From the IMG/VR virus record IMGVR_UViG_2718218293_000003: DNA of 64,000 nt; one strand, given 5' to 3'. The translations under genes and the position numbers were made by a program. Below are positions 26,834 through 36,554 of this stretch, piece by piece. The notes under the pieces are model-generated. The model had not been told where the DNA came from and ran no database searches. It saw nothing but the letters and a program-made list of their open reading frames with translations. Source of the DNA: a virus. Numbering within the stretch: the stretch's first letter is position 1; every line of letters starts with the position of its first letter.

Positions 26834-29131
26834 TCAGTTGTCCGAGTACGAGCTATAGGTCGGCATCGGCGGATTCTTCAGGCTCACACCACGGAAGCCC
26901 CGCAAACCCGCTGTGTTGCGCCATTTCTCGACCCCGCGGGTGATCAGCAGATCGGAGAAGCGCCTTTGCGATCCGACGAATTCGCCAGCCGAGTCAGCCC
27001 ACTGTTTCCAGTCGTTGAACAACTCGGCGGTCAGCGTCTTGGCGTTGATCTCTCGCACGCAGCGTTCGTCCAGCCAGCGACCCAGCGCGTCCTCGGCCTC
27101 GAAATACTCCTCCGTCGCATCCAGCACCTGTTGCGGCGGCTGGAGCCGTCCCAACCGCTGCCAGTCCAGGCAGCCCTGGATGGCCCACGCCAGGATGCCG
27201 TCCCGCTCGGCCAGCAGCTTCTGCTGCAAGGTCTTGTCCCGCCGCTCAGGCGGCACCGTCACCGTGAACGGGATCAGGTGCAGCCGCCGCTTCATCGCCT
27301 CGTCGATGTTGCGGATGGCCGGTTTGTGGTTGCCCGCGACGAACAGCTTGAACTGCGGGAAGAACTCGAAGAAGTCTTGCCGCATGAAGCGCGCGGAGAT
27401 CTTGTCGCCGCCGGTGAGGTTCTTGACCTTGGATTCCGCCCAACGCCGTCCCTGCTCGGTCTCGATGGCCGCCACGAAGCGTGCGCCGCGCAGGCCCGCC
27501 ATGTCGGTCGGATGCCGGTCGGCGCGCGTTTCCATGAACGTGTCCATCGCCGCGTTGACCGCGTAGTCGCCCAGAATCGTGGCCAGCGTGTTGACGAACA
27601 CGGACTTGCCGTTGGCGCCCGTGCCGTAGAGGAAGAACAGCGCATGCTCCTGTGTCGACCCGGTCAGTGCGTAGCCCGCCATCCGCTGCAGGTAGGCCTG
27701 CAGTTCGGCATCACCGCCCGTAACCTCGGCGAGGAACTGCCGCCAGGTCGGGCAGTCGCCCTTAGGCGTCGCTGTGGTCACCTTCGTCATCCGGTCCTCG
27801 CGCCGATGCGCTCGCAACTGGCCCGTGCGCAGATCGACCACGCCGCCGGGGGTGTTGAGCGCCCACACGTCCGCATCCCACTCGTCGGCCGTGGCCGCGT
27901 GCTTGGGATCCGAGCGTGCGATCTTCTCGACCGAGGCGATGGTCGATGAGCTCGCCAGCTTGCCCTTCTGCCGTGGAGTTTCCGCCTTGAGCGAGGCCGC
28001 CCGACAGATACCGCGCGACAGGTGGGTGACATACAGCAACTGGTCGGGATTCCACCGCACGCCGGTCCACACCAGCCACTTGCCCCACAGCGAGCAGTAG
28101 CGCCAGTCGTCGCCATAGCAGCGCGTGAAGGCCGTAGCCAGCCCGTCCTCGGTTTCCCAATCCACGCCCTCCAGCACGTCTGCCGACACGGTGTCGTCCA
28201 CCTCCGGCACCACGGGCACCCGCGCGCCGGCTGCGAGGTAGCCGGCGACGTCGAACCCCTCTTCGATCGCGTCGGCTGCATCCCAGCCCTCCGCCTTGTC
28301 GTCCGGCGGCAGCAGGATGGTCACCGACAAGGCGCCCGCCTGCAGGATCGCCTGCGACGCCCGGTCGGCATACTCCCAGCCCGGCTTGTCCCGGTCGGGC
28401 CAGATCAGCACAGCCTTGCCGGCCAGGGGCGACCAGTCGGTCTTCTCGACGGGCGCGTTCGCCCCGTGCATCGCCGTCGTGGCAACGATGCCGGTGTCGA
28501 TCAGGGCCTGGGCGCATTTCTCACCCTCGACCAGCACGACCTGCGTGGCGCTCGCCAGTCCGGGCTGGTTGTACAGCGGGCGTGGATCGGGCGGGGCCAT
28601 CTTGCGCCGCTTGGCGTCCCACGGCCGGAACTCCTTGCCCCGGCCGGGCGGGTCGTAGCGGTACACCACCCCGATCAGCCTGCCGGCGGCGTCCAGGTAG
28701 TCCCACTTGGCCGTCTCAGGGCCGAGGTCGTCCGTCGGCGGCTCCTTCCGCTTGCGCCGCACTGGCTGCGTGCTGGCGAGACCAAGCAGGTCAGCAGCGC
28801 GCGCCAGCACCCTCGGGAATTCCGTCTGCACATCGACACCCAGGGTGCCCGCGATCACGGCGAACACATCCCCGCCGTCGCCGGTGGCGCGGTCCGTCCA
28901 CAAGCCGGCCTTCTCGCCGTCCAGCACGATTTCCAGGCTGTCGCCCGGATTGCCCTGGATGTCGCCGATCACGAACTTGTTCCGCCGCTTCTTGCCGGCC
29001 GGAAACAGGATGGCCAGCACCGAGTCCAGCCGGTCGAGCAGCAGGCCCCGGATGCGCTCCCGCTCCCCGTCCGAGGATGCGGGACGAGCGACCTCCCGGC
29101 CCTGCGGTGGGCTGTCATTGAAGTCGAGCAT
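26834..29131 (-). CDS. P4-family primase-helicase (TOPRIM plus D5/SF3 helicase)
   Basis: VEGEKCA, IWPDRD (TOPRIM), GTGANGKS (Walker A), GNHKP. Confidence 0.92.
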   Translation of the reverse strand: MLDFNDSPPQGREVARPASSDGERERIRGLLLDRLDSVLAILFPAGKKRRNKFVIGDIQGNPGDSLEIVLDGEKAGLWTDRATGDGGDVFAVIAGTLGVDVQTEFPRVLARAADLLGLASTQPVRRKRKEPPTDDLGPETAKWDYLDAAGRLIGVVYRYDPPGRGKEFRPWDAKRRKMAPPDPRPLYNQPGLASATQVVLVEGEKCAQALIDTGIVATTAMHGANAPVEKTDWSPLAGKAVLIWPDRDKPGWEYADRASQAILQAGALSVTILLPPDDKAEGWDAADAIEEGFDVAGYLAAGARVPVVPEVDDTVSADVLEGVDWETEDGLATAFTRCYGDDWRYCSLWGKWLVWTGVRWNPDQLLYVTHLSRGICRAASLKAETPRQKGKLASSSTIASVEKIARSDPKHAATADEWDADVWALNTPGGVVDLRTGQLRAHRREDRMTKVTTATPKGDCPTWRQFLAEVTGGDAELQAYLQRMAGYALTGSTQEHALFFLYGTGANGKSVFVNTLATILGDYAVNAAMDTFMETRADRHPTDMAGLRGARFVAAIETEQGRRWAESKVKNLTGGDKISARFMRQDFFEFFPQFKLFVAGNHKPAIRNIDEAMKRRLHLIPFTVTVPPERRDKTLQQKLLAERDGILAWAIQGCLDWQRLGRLQPPQQVLDATEEYFEAEDALGRWLDERCVREINAKTLTAELFNDWKQWADSAGEFVGSQRRFSDLLITRGVEKWRNTAGLRGFRGVSLKNPPMPTYSSYSDN

Positions 29132-29513
29132 GGACGCTCCGTTCTTGCAGTTCGTCAGGGGCCTCCAAGAGATAGCCGGTCTTGACCGCCACCTCGCGAA
29201 CGAACGCGGGATTGAGGTCGATCAGCCCAGCCACCTGTGCGAGATCGTCGCCGCGCAGGAAACGCTCTGCGTCCTCCTGCACGGACCGGTTCTCCCCATA
29301 ACGGGCGTCGGCGATGGCCTGGCAGAGCACCGCCAAGATCAGGCGCTGCTCGGGCATGAGCCCTGTGACCGGCGCATTGACGTGGCGCTGCAGCAGCCGC
29401 TCCACGACTCGCATGGTCACCAGCGGGCGCGGACGCGCGGCCCGCCGGGTGCGGCGCGGATCGATGGCGCTGCGGGTTTTAGGGCGGGGATTGCGGTGAT
29501 TGAAATCCAGCAT
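29115..29513 (-). CDS. Prophage hypothetical protein
   Basis: ORF in operon, overlapping the primase start. Confidence 0.55.
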   Translation of the reverse strand: MLDFNHRNPRPKTRSAIDPRRTRRAARPRPLVTMRVVERLLQRHVNAPVTGLMPEQRLILAVLCQAIADARYGENRSVQEDAERFLRGDDLAQVAGLIDLNPAFVREVAVKTGYLLEAPDELQERSVHARLQ

Positions 29514-29518
29514 CTCGG

Positions 29519-29986
29519 TTACCACGGAATGTCATCTTCCAAGTCGGCGAACGCATCCGCCGACAGTCCTACGGAACGCTTCTGCCCCATTGAGGTGGCC
29601 TGGGCGCGCGGCGCGTCGAGCGCCATCGCTTCCACATACGCGAACACGATGGCTCCGATCACCCGCAAGGCCTCGTCTTCGGCGTAGTGGGCCAGCGGCT
29701 TGTCGAAGCCGATCTCGCCGGCCACCTGCCCGAACGGTCGCAGGCATCGGCGCATCGCAGCACGCTGCTGCGCAGCGGTCTCAGGCATATGCGCCTCCCT
29801 CGTGAGTGATTCGGACAACGGCGGCTCGGTCTCGCGCCAAGCCCCGTAGATGGCGTGGAAGGCATCCTGGCAGCGGCGCGAGCAGAAGGCCCAGTCGGGC
29901 GGATGGCGACGCGGATCGCCCACGCGGAAGCGCAGGTCCGAGTGCCGGTAGCCACGTGCTTGTTGGCGACAAACCCAGCATTGCAC
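29519..29986 (-). CDS. Zinc-finger prophage protein (DUF6511-like)
   Basis: MQCWVC...FCSRRCQ; acidic DDIPW tail. Confidence 0.65.
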   Translation of the reverse strand: MQCWVCRQQARGYRHSDLRFRVGDPRRHPPDWAFCSRRCQDAFHAIYGAWRETEPPLSESLTREAHMPETAAQQRAAMRRCLRPFGQVAGEIGFDKPLAHYAEDEALRVIGAIVFAYVEAMALDAPRAQATSMGQKRSVGLSADAFADLEDDIPW

Positions 29987-29995
29987 GGTCCCTCC

Positions 29996-30628
29996 TCACT
30001 GCGCCCACGCCGGGCGCGTGAAACCGGCCGCCGGCCGGGGTTGGGCGGCACGTGCCGGTGCCGACGCGGCAGGCGCGTGTGCGCGGCCGACACCGGCATT
30101 GGCGGCGTTCGCCGGCGGCGCGTTGCCGGCCATGAGCGCCACATAGTCTTTGTGGTTCGGCTCCACCGCCTGCCGGATCACGTTGCGGGCGTCGCCCCGG
30201 CTGTCGAGCTCGATGTCGACACGGCCGATGAATTCCATGCCGTGAAGCTCACCGAAATCGCGGATACGTCGGGAGAGCTGGGCCGGCTCGGTGTTGTCGT
30301 CCGGGTGCACGCCACGCGCGGAGTTCAGCGCTGCGCGCACGAACGCACGCCCCATGTTGGCCCACTCGTCCCCCTTGGGCGAATGCAGACCGATCATCGA
30401 CCACAGCTTGCGCTTGGCGTACGGCCCTTCGAGGACCACGAATTCGGCAGCGAGATACACACTGCCGGTGTGCTCGGATTCGGTGGCCCAGCCACCCGTC
30501 CAGCCGCGGGACGGATCATCGAAGCCGCCCTGACGGATCGTCATGCGGATCTTGAGCAGCGTGCCCTTGGGGATCAGGTCAAAACCAACCTGCCGGCCGG
30601 CGTCGTTGAAATCGTTCCAAAACGTCAT
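29996..30628 (-). CDS. Prophage protein, probably ssDNA-binding/recombination accessory
   Basis: WNDFNDA...LIPKG..., C-terminal RPAWAQ; follows the AAA protein. Confidence 0.6.
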   Translation of the reverse strand: MTFWNDFNDAGRQVGFDLIPKGTLLKIRMTIRQGGFDDPSRGWTGGWATESEHTGSVYLAAEFVVLEGPYAKRKLWSMIGLHSPKGDEWANMGRAFVRAALNSARGVHPDDNTEPAQLSRRIRDFGELHGMEFIGRVDIELDSRGDARNVIRQAVEPNHKDYVALMAGNAPPANAANAGVGRAHAPAASAPARAAQPRPAAGFTRPAWAQ

Positions 30629-30645
30629 GGTCTAGTTCTCAGGAT

Positions 30646-31518
30646 TCAGGAAAAATTCGGTTGCGTCGTGGCGCCGGCCAGCGGCACGGGCTTGCGCGGC
30701 GCCGCGGTCTTGGCGATCAACTTGCCCAGGTGCGGCTCCTCCAGGGCGTCCAGCCGGCCGGAGCGGTCCTTGGCCGGGTAGCCCCAGGCGTTGTCGGTAT
30801 GGGTGACGAACGCGCGGAACGGCTCTGCGGGCGCGGCAGCCGCCTCCCCTTCCGCCGGTACGTCGGGGCGCAGCAGCGCCAGCGTGATCACCTCATCGAT
30901 GACACCGGGCAACTCCAGCGCGGTCTTGCTGCCCTCGAGCTGGATCGCGAAAAACCGCCGGTTGAACTCATCGACCTTCTCTTCCAGAATCGCCACGAAC
31001 ACGACGTGCTTGTCGCGCACGTGCTGCAGATGCGTAAGCGCCGCGATCATCTCGGTACCGAGCAGGCCGTAGGCACCCCGCGTGTCCGGCTTGCCAGTGC
31101 GCTCGGAGAACGCCTGCGGTTGCGTCTTGGCCCAGGCCAGGCACAGCCGGGACAGCACGGTGATCGAGTCCACGAAGTACGTGCTGTACTTCCGCAGTTG
31201 CGCCGGATCGCCATAGCGCTTGCACACCGCATCGAAATGCGCCTGCGAGTACGGCTGGTCGGGGCTGGCCGCCGGGTTGGGGCCTGCCAGGAACACGACC
31301 AGATCGCGGAACTCGGGCCACGAGCGTGGGCGCAGCGTGTCGCCGTACCAGTCCAGCACCGCCAGGTCGCCCGCCTCCAGATCGACAAACAGGGTGCTGT
31401 CTTCGGGCAGCGTCTTGAGCTGGCTGGTCTTGCCCGCGCCGGGAATGCCGACCAGGACGATCTTGGCGCAGCGGGGCTCAGCCAGGCGCTGGTCTGCGCT
31501 GATGATGGGCAGCGTCAT
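30646..31518 (-). CDS. AAA-type NTP-binding protein (Sak4-like)
   Basis: GIPGAGKTS, FVDLEAG, YFVDSIT, AKDRSGRL. Confidence 0.8.
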   Translation of the reverse strand: MTLPIISADQRLAEPRCAKIVLVGIPGAGKTSQLKTLPEDSTLFVDLEAGDLAVLDWYGDTLRPRSWPEFRDLVVFLAGPNPAASPDQPYSQAHFDAVCKRYGDPAQLRKYSTYFVDSITVLSRLCLAWAKTQPQAFSERTGKPDTRGAYGLLGTEMIAALTHLQHVRDKHVVFVAILEEKVDEFNRRFFAIQLEGSKTALELPGVIDEVITLALLRPDVPAEGEAAAAPAEPFRAFVTHTDNAWGYPAKDRSGRLDALEEPHLGKLIAKTAAPRKPVPLAGATTQPNFS

Positions 31519-32012
31519 TGCCATGCCTCCTGACCGGCGCGCACGACTTGCGGCTGCTCCAGCGTGAAGGTGGACTTGCCGGGGCGCACGGTACGAGCCG
31601 CCTCGAATTGCTTGCGGAAGACGTCGGACCAGTTCTTGTACTTGTTCTCCGACACCTTGTAGGTGATGGTCATGTACTGCTCGGGGATGTCGCCCGAGGC
31701 GGCGATATTGCACGCCAGTTGCCTCAGCTTGGCCTGATCCCACACCACGTTGTTCACCAGTTCGCACTTCACGGTCTGGCCGTGGTCGTCAATGCGGACC
31801 GTGCCGTGGTCGCGGCCGGTTGCCAGAATGGCTTGGCGAGCCAGGTCGGCATAGCGCAGTTCATTGATCTGATCGGCGAATGCGCGCACCTCCTTGGTGA
31901 ACGCGTGCAGTTGCTCGACTTGGGCGATGAACTGACGGTACGTGTCCAGCGGCGCCTCGGCGTAGTGCGCCGGGGGAAGGTGCATGGCGTGTTGGAGTGC
32001 GACGAGGTTCAT
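31515..32012 (-). CDS. Prophage hypothetical protein
   Basis: 165 aa, ATGA-coupled in the early operon. Confidence 0.65.
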   Translation of the reverse strand: MNLVALQHAMHLPPAHYAEAPLDTYRQFIAQVEQLHAFTKEVRAFADQINELRYADLARQAILATGRDHGTVRIDDHGQTVKCELVNNVVWDQAKLRQLACNIAASGDIPEQYMTITYKVSENKYKNWSDVFRKQFEAARTVRPGKSTFTLEQPQVVRAGQEAWQ

Positions 32013-32299
32013 TCTGCGGCTCCTTGCAGGTACTGGGCTGTGGCGGGTTGGCACGTGGCGATGTCACGCTCGGTTTCCTCGGACCGGCTGCTCGAGCTGG
32101 CGAACAGGTTCTCGAGCTCGAAGCGCTCGACGTCTTCCTGGCGGTACAGCACGGCACCGCCGATCTTGAGGAATCGCGGGCCGACACCGTCCGAGCGATA
32201 GCGTGCGATGGTGGCTTCGGCCTTGCCCCAGCGGAGGGCGAGGTCTCGCTGGGTCAGATGGGGACGCCTGGAGGCGTCGTGGGTCTGTTCAGACGACAT
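32009..32299 (-). CDS. HTH DNA-binding protein (excisionase/AlpA-like)
   Basis: LTQRDLALRWGKAEATIARYRSDGVGPRFLKIGGAVLYR. Confidence 0.85.
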   Translation of the reverse strand: MSSEQTHDASRRPHLTQRDLALRWGKAEATIARYRSDGVGPRFLKIGGAVLYRQEDVERFELENLFASSSSRSEETERDIATCQPATAQYLQGAAE

Positions 32300-32386
32300 G
32301 GAATCTTGCGTTCAAATGTGGATACACACCGGTTGCGAAGGCTTGCGCCAGCGCTGCAACCGATGTCCGTATCGTCTCGAACGGGA

Positions 32387-32635
32387 TTCCTCAGACCGTT
32401 CCTCAGATTCCTCAAACTCGTTCCTCAAATCGAATCTGTGTGGTCCAGATGCAAAAAAACCCGGTCTGATCGCGATCAGTACCGGGTTGCTGAGGTGGTT
32501 TGGGTGATGGGTGATCGGAACGGCGTGACTGGTGCCAACCTGAGGAAAGCGCTCCTGAGCCTACCCAAGCCGGCCCCCTACAAGAGAGACCAGACGTTCC
32601 GAGCGTTCCTCAGATTCCTCAAACGAGTTCCTCGG
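32387..32635. repeat. Clustered TTCCTCA(G/A) repeats including a perfect 21-bp direct repeat
   Basis: Copies at 32387, 32399, 32408, 32421, 32606, 32615 and 32628; inverted copy at 32540. CGTTCCTCAGATTCCTCAAAC occurs at 32397 and 32604. Confidence 0.75.
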
Positions 32636-33036
32636 ACCGATTTGGGTTGTCCGGGCATCGGGTCCAAGTAGCCAAGCCGGCGGCAATGCCGCATGAAGCC
32701 CTCCCAGCTATCGCAGCGCAGCTACGATAGTAGCGGTGCCTGTGGGAGGGCCTGGGATCGTCCGTGAAGAACGGACGGAGGCCGAGTTCGGCCAGCTGCA
32801 GCCGCTCGCGAACACCGAAAAGCAGGAAGATGAAAAACCGCAGCAAGCGCGAAAGCTGACATTAACGTTTGACATGAGCGGCTGCAGGCGCTGGTGACAA
32901 CGGACCATCTGCCTGCTGTCACTGACCGCCCCAGTTGGTGCTGACCGAGCGACCGGTCACGTTGGCGTCGCTGGCGGCTTGTCAGATGATTTCCCCATGA
33001 CGCCCGGGCTTCGCACCGGGCTTTCCTTCTGCTGCG

Positions 33037-33693
33037 TCACGGCTCGACTACCACAGTGATGACGACATGCGGCACCGCGTCATCGAAAACCTGCTGTACG
33101 GCAACATTCCGATTGGGCCAGTCGTCAGGGTTGGGCAACCGTCCAGGCTCACACAAGTGCACGAACACCGCTCCATGCTTCGGCCCGAGCACGCCCTCTG
33201 CGACTTCAACAACCCCCGTGAACGAGCTTCGGTCGCAGACAGCACCGGAGCCGTGTCCCGCATAGCCGCCGAGGTTCTCCACGCCTTGAAATACACCACC
33301 CAATGGTTGCTTCTTGCGCCGTCCGAACTTCTCCCCGAAGCTCTTGACGTGCAACGTCCCGTCCAAGTGGTAGCTCGTGTGAGGGTCCCAGTCCTTGCAG
33401 CCGCGCGGGACCATCACGAAGAACTCACCCTTCCTTGATCGCCTGACCCACAACGTCAGCCAAAGATCACCGCCATCCTTAATAGCGACCGCGTAACGGC
33501 TTTCTCCAGACTGCAGTACGGACAGCTTCATCAGTCCAACTTTCGGTGCAGCCTCCGCCCGCGTTCTAGACTCTTCGAACAACTCACGCCACGTCTCGAG
33601 CTGCTCCGCACTCAGCGCGGTCGGATCGATCGCCTGAAACGTCATCCAGCCCTCAAATGTCTTCAGATCGTCTTCGCTGATGAAGGCCGACAT
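33037..33693 (-). CDS. Hypothetical cargo protein
   Basis: 218-aa ORF, MSAFISEDDLKTFEGW..., lower GC than the phage core, GGAGG RBS. Confidence 0.7.
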   Translation of the reverse strand: MSAFISEDDLKTFEGWMTFQAIDPTALSAEQLETWRELFEESRTRAEAAPKVGLMKLSVLQSGESRYAVAIKDGGDLWLTLWVRRSRKGEFFVMVPRGCKDWDPHTSYHLDGTLHVKSFGEKFGRRKKQPLGGVFQGVENLGGYAGHGSGAVCDRSSFTGVVEVAEGVLGPKHGAVFVHLCEPGRLPNPDDWPNRNVAVQQVFDDAVPHVVITVVVEP

Positions 33694-33825
33694 GTTACCT
33701 CCCGCGTTCGCTGTGAATTGAGGTAAGGCGCCCCGCGCGCGCACTTGGAGGTTGAGCGGACAGCGCCTCTTTCAGGAAATGAAAAATTTGCTTGAATTTC
33801 GCGAGTGAACCATGCATTTCGTATG

Positions 33826-34479
33826 CTATGCATCCTTCCATGTGGCATGTAGCCAATCTTCAGCCTGAATCAGGTTCTTCTGACGAAGCTCTTCATATCG
33901 CAAACCATTGCGGATAACGTCGAGCAGCGCATTACCATCACTCGACATGATGAAGTGCTCGTACCCGACCTCGCTATCGTGATAGTGCGCTTCGATCTTG
34001 TTCATGTAGATTCGGAGCAGAGACAGGGCATCTTCAATCATTTGCCGAGAAATGCCAGGAAGCGGATCTGGGCTCGATTTCATCGAAGTTGTAAGATCAA
34101 GGTGGGCGAGTTGCTTGTTTCTCCAGATCCTGAACGGTTTGCACTTATCGTGAAGCTCGTCGAGCATCGGGCGCATCTGCCTCGCTACACTCTGATCGCC
34201 GTATTTTTTCAGTTGAAGCTGAAGGTGTTCGAGCGATAGATTGGCGTGCTTGCCCCTGCATGCAGGATCCGTGAGCTTACTGAGGGTGATTTGCACATCA
34301 CCAATGAGTAGGTCTTGAATTATGTAGAAGAATGCCGAGGCGCACTCATTGAGCATGTCGATCCGTCTGGTCGATTCACCGAATAGCTGCCTGTACACGA
34401 TCCATCGACCATGAAGCCAAGTAACCTCAGTTTTGAGCGCTTCGTAGACTTCGGCGATACGTGCGGGAATCGTGGTCAT
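33826..34479 (-). CDS. HEPN-domain protein (AbiU2-like), putative RNase/abortive infection
   Basis: All-alpha 217 aa with RNKQLAH (Rx4-6H) preceded by LSKLTD. Confidence 0.7.
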   Translation of the reverse strand: MTTIPARIAEVYEALKTEVTWLHGRWIVYRQLFGESTRRIDMLNECASAFFYIIQDLLIGDVQITLSKLTDPACRGKHANLSLEHLQLQLKKYGDQSVARQMRPMLDELHDKCKPFRIWRNKQLAHLDLTTSMKSSPDPLPGISRQMIEDALSLLRIYMNKIEAHYHDSEVGYEHFIMSSDGNALLDVIRNGLRYEELRQKNLIQAEDWLHATWKDA

Positions 34480-34825
34480 TATTTGGCTTCTCGGGGTATT
34501 GCGACTGGATGCCTGATGATTGACACGTGCAGCGTAAAGAAACTGCAGGCCGCGCAGCACTTGTCTTACTGCCAATGGAGAATTGCGGCCCAAAGGACAG
34601 GGAGGCGAATCATCCGGACCGCAACCTTTGGAGCTTCCGTTGAGAGCATCTCCGCTGGCCTTGGCAGAAGGGTGCGGCAATGACTCCCCACGCCAATGAA
34701 GGCCAGTGCGCAAATCTTGCACAAAAAAGTGCGAGAGTCCTGCATTTGTACGCTCGCAAAATGCAAGCGTTCTGGCTGCAATCCTCTTGCTAGCCTCCCA
34801 ATATAGCACTTGGGAGGATGCAGGC

Positions 34826-34993
34826 TATGGGGCGCACACCATGCGTCGGACCAAAGCATCGCTGATTTACCGCCGCACGAAAAACCTACGGGCGGTACAG
34901 TTACTCGGTCACACGAAGCTCGAAAGCATGGTGCGATACCTCGGCATCGAGGTCAACGATGCGCTCGAGATCGCAGAACAGACGGAGGTTTGA
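34826..34993 (+). pseudogene. Tyrosine recombinase C-terminal remnant
   Basis: YGAHTMRRTKASLIYRRTKNLRAVQLLGHTKLESMVRYLG: HxxR, GH and Y catalytic residues with no N-terminal part. Confidence 0.75.
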
Positions 34994-35001
34994 GCCAAGG
35001 T

Positions 35002-35033
35002 TGGCCGGACAGTGACTGGGCACTGTCCGGCCA
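35002..35033. terminator. Perfect 13-bp hairpin after the integrase remnant
   Basis: TGGCCGGACAGTG-ACTGGG-CACTGTCCGGCCA. Confidence 0.45.
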
Positions 35034-35127
35034 GTTGCGGTCACTCGACACTGACTCTAAGATCGTTGACAATCAACGGGCAGTTGCAGGCGGATGTCAT
35101 GCCAGCATGCGGTGCGCGGGATAGCCA

Positions 35128-36462
35128 TTGCTGCGGGAGCGGCGAAAGCCGAGGTACACACAACAAACTCTGGAGTTCATTGTGACACTAGAAGTGATAC
35201 ATCGAACCGCGGACGTCTACGGGATTGGGCGCGAGTTGCCGCTCAACTATGTATCTCGCAAAGCTGTAGACGAACACTTCGTCGCAAATCTCACGCGCGA
35301 CAAGCACGTCATCATTTACGGCAGTTCCAAGCAAGGTAAAACGTCTCTTCGCAAGCATTGCCTTCAAGATGACGACTATATCGTCGTTCATTGTTCCAAC
35401 AAGTGGGGGATAGCAGACCTTCACTCCGCGATTTTAAAGCGCGTCGGTTATGAGGTAACGCAAGCGTCAACGCGCACAACTTCTGGCCGGAACAAGATCG
35501 TTGCGGCATTTAAAGCTAGGATTCTCGGCGTAGGAGTCGAGGCAACAGGCGAGCAGGAAGAGTCAAAGACGAACGCAGTTACTACTGCCCCACTTGAGCT
35601 CGATCCAGAGGACGTAAACGATATCATCTCCGCCCTCAATGGGTTCTCTAAGTTCATTGTTCTTGAAGATTTTCACTATCTTCCCATCGATACGCAGAAA
35701 GATTTCTCGGTTGCGCTCAAAGCATTCCACGAGCAATCAAAGCTATGCTTTATCATCGTCGGCGTCTGGTTGGAGGAAGGACGTCTCACTGTCTACAATG
35801 GCGACTTGACGGGGCGTATCGTTGGAGTTAATGCGGATAAATGGACTAGAGAAGAACTTCGCGATGTCATCGCTGCTGGCGAAGCACTTCTTAATATTTC
35901 ATTCGCATCTTCTTTCAAGAATGCAGTCATTGGTGGCTGCCTAGACAGCGTCTATATTGTTCAGGAGGCTTGCTATCAGGCGTGCGTGAGGGAAGGCATT
36001 AGCGCCACTCAGGATGAATTGCATCAGGACGTCGGAAAGGATGTAGATGTTTCTTCCCTAATTAGGGAGGTCGTAAATCAGCAGACTGGGCGATACAATT
36101 CGTTCATTACGCTCTTCGCAACCGGCTTCCAGGAAACTACTCTGCAAATGTACAAGTGGCTTCTATATCCAATTCTTACGGAAAAAGTCAACACTCTGGA
36201 AGCTGGCCTGACTTATCGCAATTTGCGCGATATCTTGCGCAAGCATCACCCGGAAGGTGTTGCCCTAAACATCGGGAACCTCACTCAGGCGCTTCAGTCC
36301 ACCGCCTCACTCCAAGTTAAGAAAGAGATCAAACCAATCGTGCTGGATTATGACCAGACGAATCTCAAGCTCAACGTGGTTGATCGGGGCTTTCTTATCT
36401 GGCTCGGAAATCAGGATCGTAAGGAGTTGCTGGAACTCGCGGACCTCCCCACGGCCGCTTAG
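35128..36462 (+). CDS. P-loop ATPase with a helical/wHTH C-terminus (STAND-like)
   Basis: IYGSSKQGKTS (Walker A), IVLEDFH (Walker B); low GC. The start codon is uncertain. Confidence 0.75.
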   Translation: MLRERRKPRYTQQTLEFIVTLEVIHRTADVYGIGRELPLNYVSRKAVDEHFVANLTRDKHVIIYGSSKQGKTSLRKHCLQDDDYIVVHCSNKWGIADLHSAILKRVGYEVTQASTRTTSGRNKIVAAFKARILGVGVEATGEQEESKTNAVTTAPLELDPEDVNDIISALNGFSKFIVLEDFHYLPIDTQKDFSVALKAFHEQSKLCFIIVGVWLEEGRLTVYNGDLTGRIVGVNADKWTREELRDVIAAGEALLNISFASSFKNAVIGGCLDSVYIVQEACYQACVREGISATQDELHQDVGKDVDVSSLIREVVNQQTGRYNSFITLFATGFQETTLQMYKWLLYPILTEKVNTLEAGLTYRNLRDILRKHHPEGVALNIGNLTQALQSTASLQVKKEIKPIVLDYDQTNLKLNVVDRGFLIWLGNQDRKELLELADLPTAA

Positions 36463-36554
36463 CCGGGCGACTAAACCCTCCCGGGCTGCTGCACCGGTTA
36501 TTCTGGGCCTTCGAGCGACCGCTTGCTGCGGACACGGACTGACTGTTACAGGTC

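Noticed and set aside
32387..32635. CRISPR array
   Set aside because: Repeats are 7-21 bp with irregular short spacing and there are no cas genes.
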